This document shows positions 63,933 to 64,000 of a stretch of DNA of 64,000 nt, piece after piece. A program made the translations under genes and the position numbers. Every line of letters starts with the position of its first letter. Within the stretch, counting starts at the first letter, position 1. This stretch comes from Felis catus (taxonomy: Eukaryota): assembly GCF_018350175.1 (NCBI RefSeq), contig NC_058368.1:58158001-58222000 (forward strand), given 5' to 3'. A model generated the notes under the pieces. The model worked only from the letters and a program-made list of their open reading frames with translations, made no database searches and was not told the DNA's origin.

Positions 63933-64000
63933 GGAGTGTCTGGGTGGCTCAGTCAGTTGAGCGTCCGACTTTGGCTCAGGTCATGATCTCGCGGTCTGTG
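63933..64000 (+). mobile_element. Can-SINE 5' part (cut by window end)
   Basis: CTGGGTGGCTCAGTCAGTTGAGCGTCCGACTTTGGCTCAGGTCATGATCTCGCGG. Confidence 0.95.

Noticed and set aside
1..64000. CRISPR arrays, operons, rRNA/tRNA genes, CpG-island promoter
   Set aside because: This is eukaryotic repeat-rich DNA with no regularly spaced repeat-spacer array. The tRNA-like boxes belong to SINE heads, and CpG clusters occur only in young SINEs and the RPS16 fragment.

Overview
AT-rich mammalian nuclear DNA from a felid (cat-like) genome, judged from about 25 tRNA-derived Can-SINEs of the SINEC_Fc type and carnivore-type L1 and Tigger relics. The window looks intronic or gene-poor. No ORF in the supplied track is a credible whole gene: they overlap SINEs, L1s or microsatellites, or are random AT-rich frames. 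Repeats include SINEs of several ages (many with target-site duplications, TSDs; one nested; two inverted pairs), old L1/L2/MIR fragments, ERVL/MaLR LTRs and DNA-transposon relics (MER53, MER33, MER20, Tigger). Two 45-nt + strand exon candidates share the same phase (48857-48901 and, much stronger, 62422-62466); I could not identify the host gene. The most unusual signal is a 52-bp piece of the 5' coding end of RPS16, apparently spliced and with no poly(A) or TSD, inside a (TA)n array that also has a fold-back inverted duplication of its flank (58472-58705). Other TA-rich tracts carry similar template-switch mosaics. A short U6 snRNA 5' fragment lies near 61990. Repeat family names are from recalled consensus sequences, not a database search, and boundaries of old repeats are approximate.
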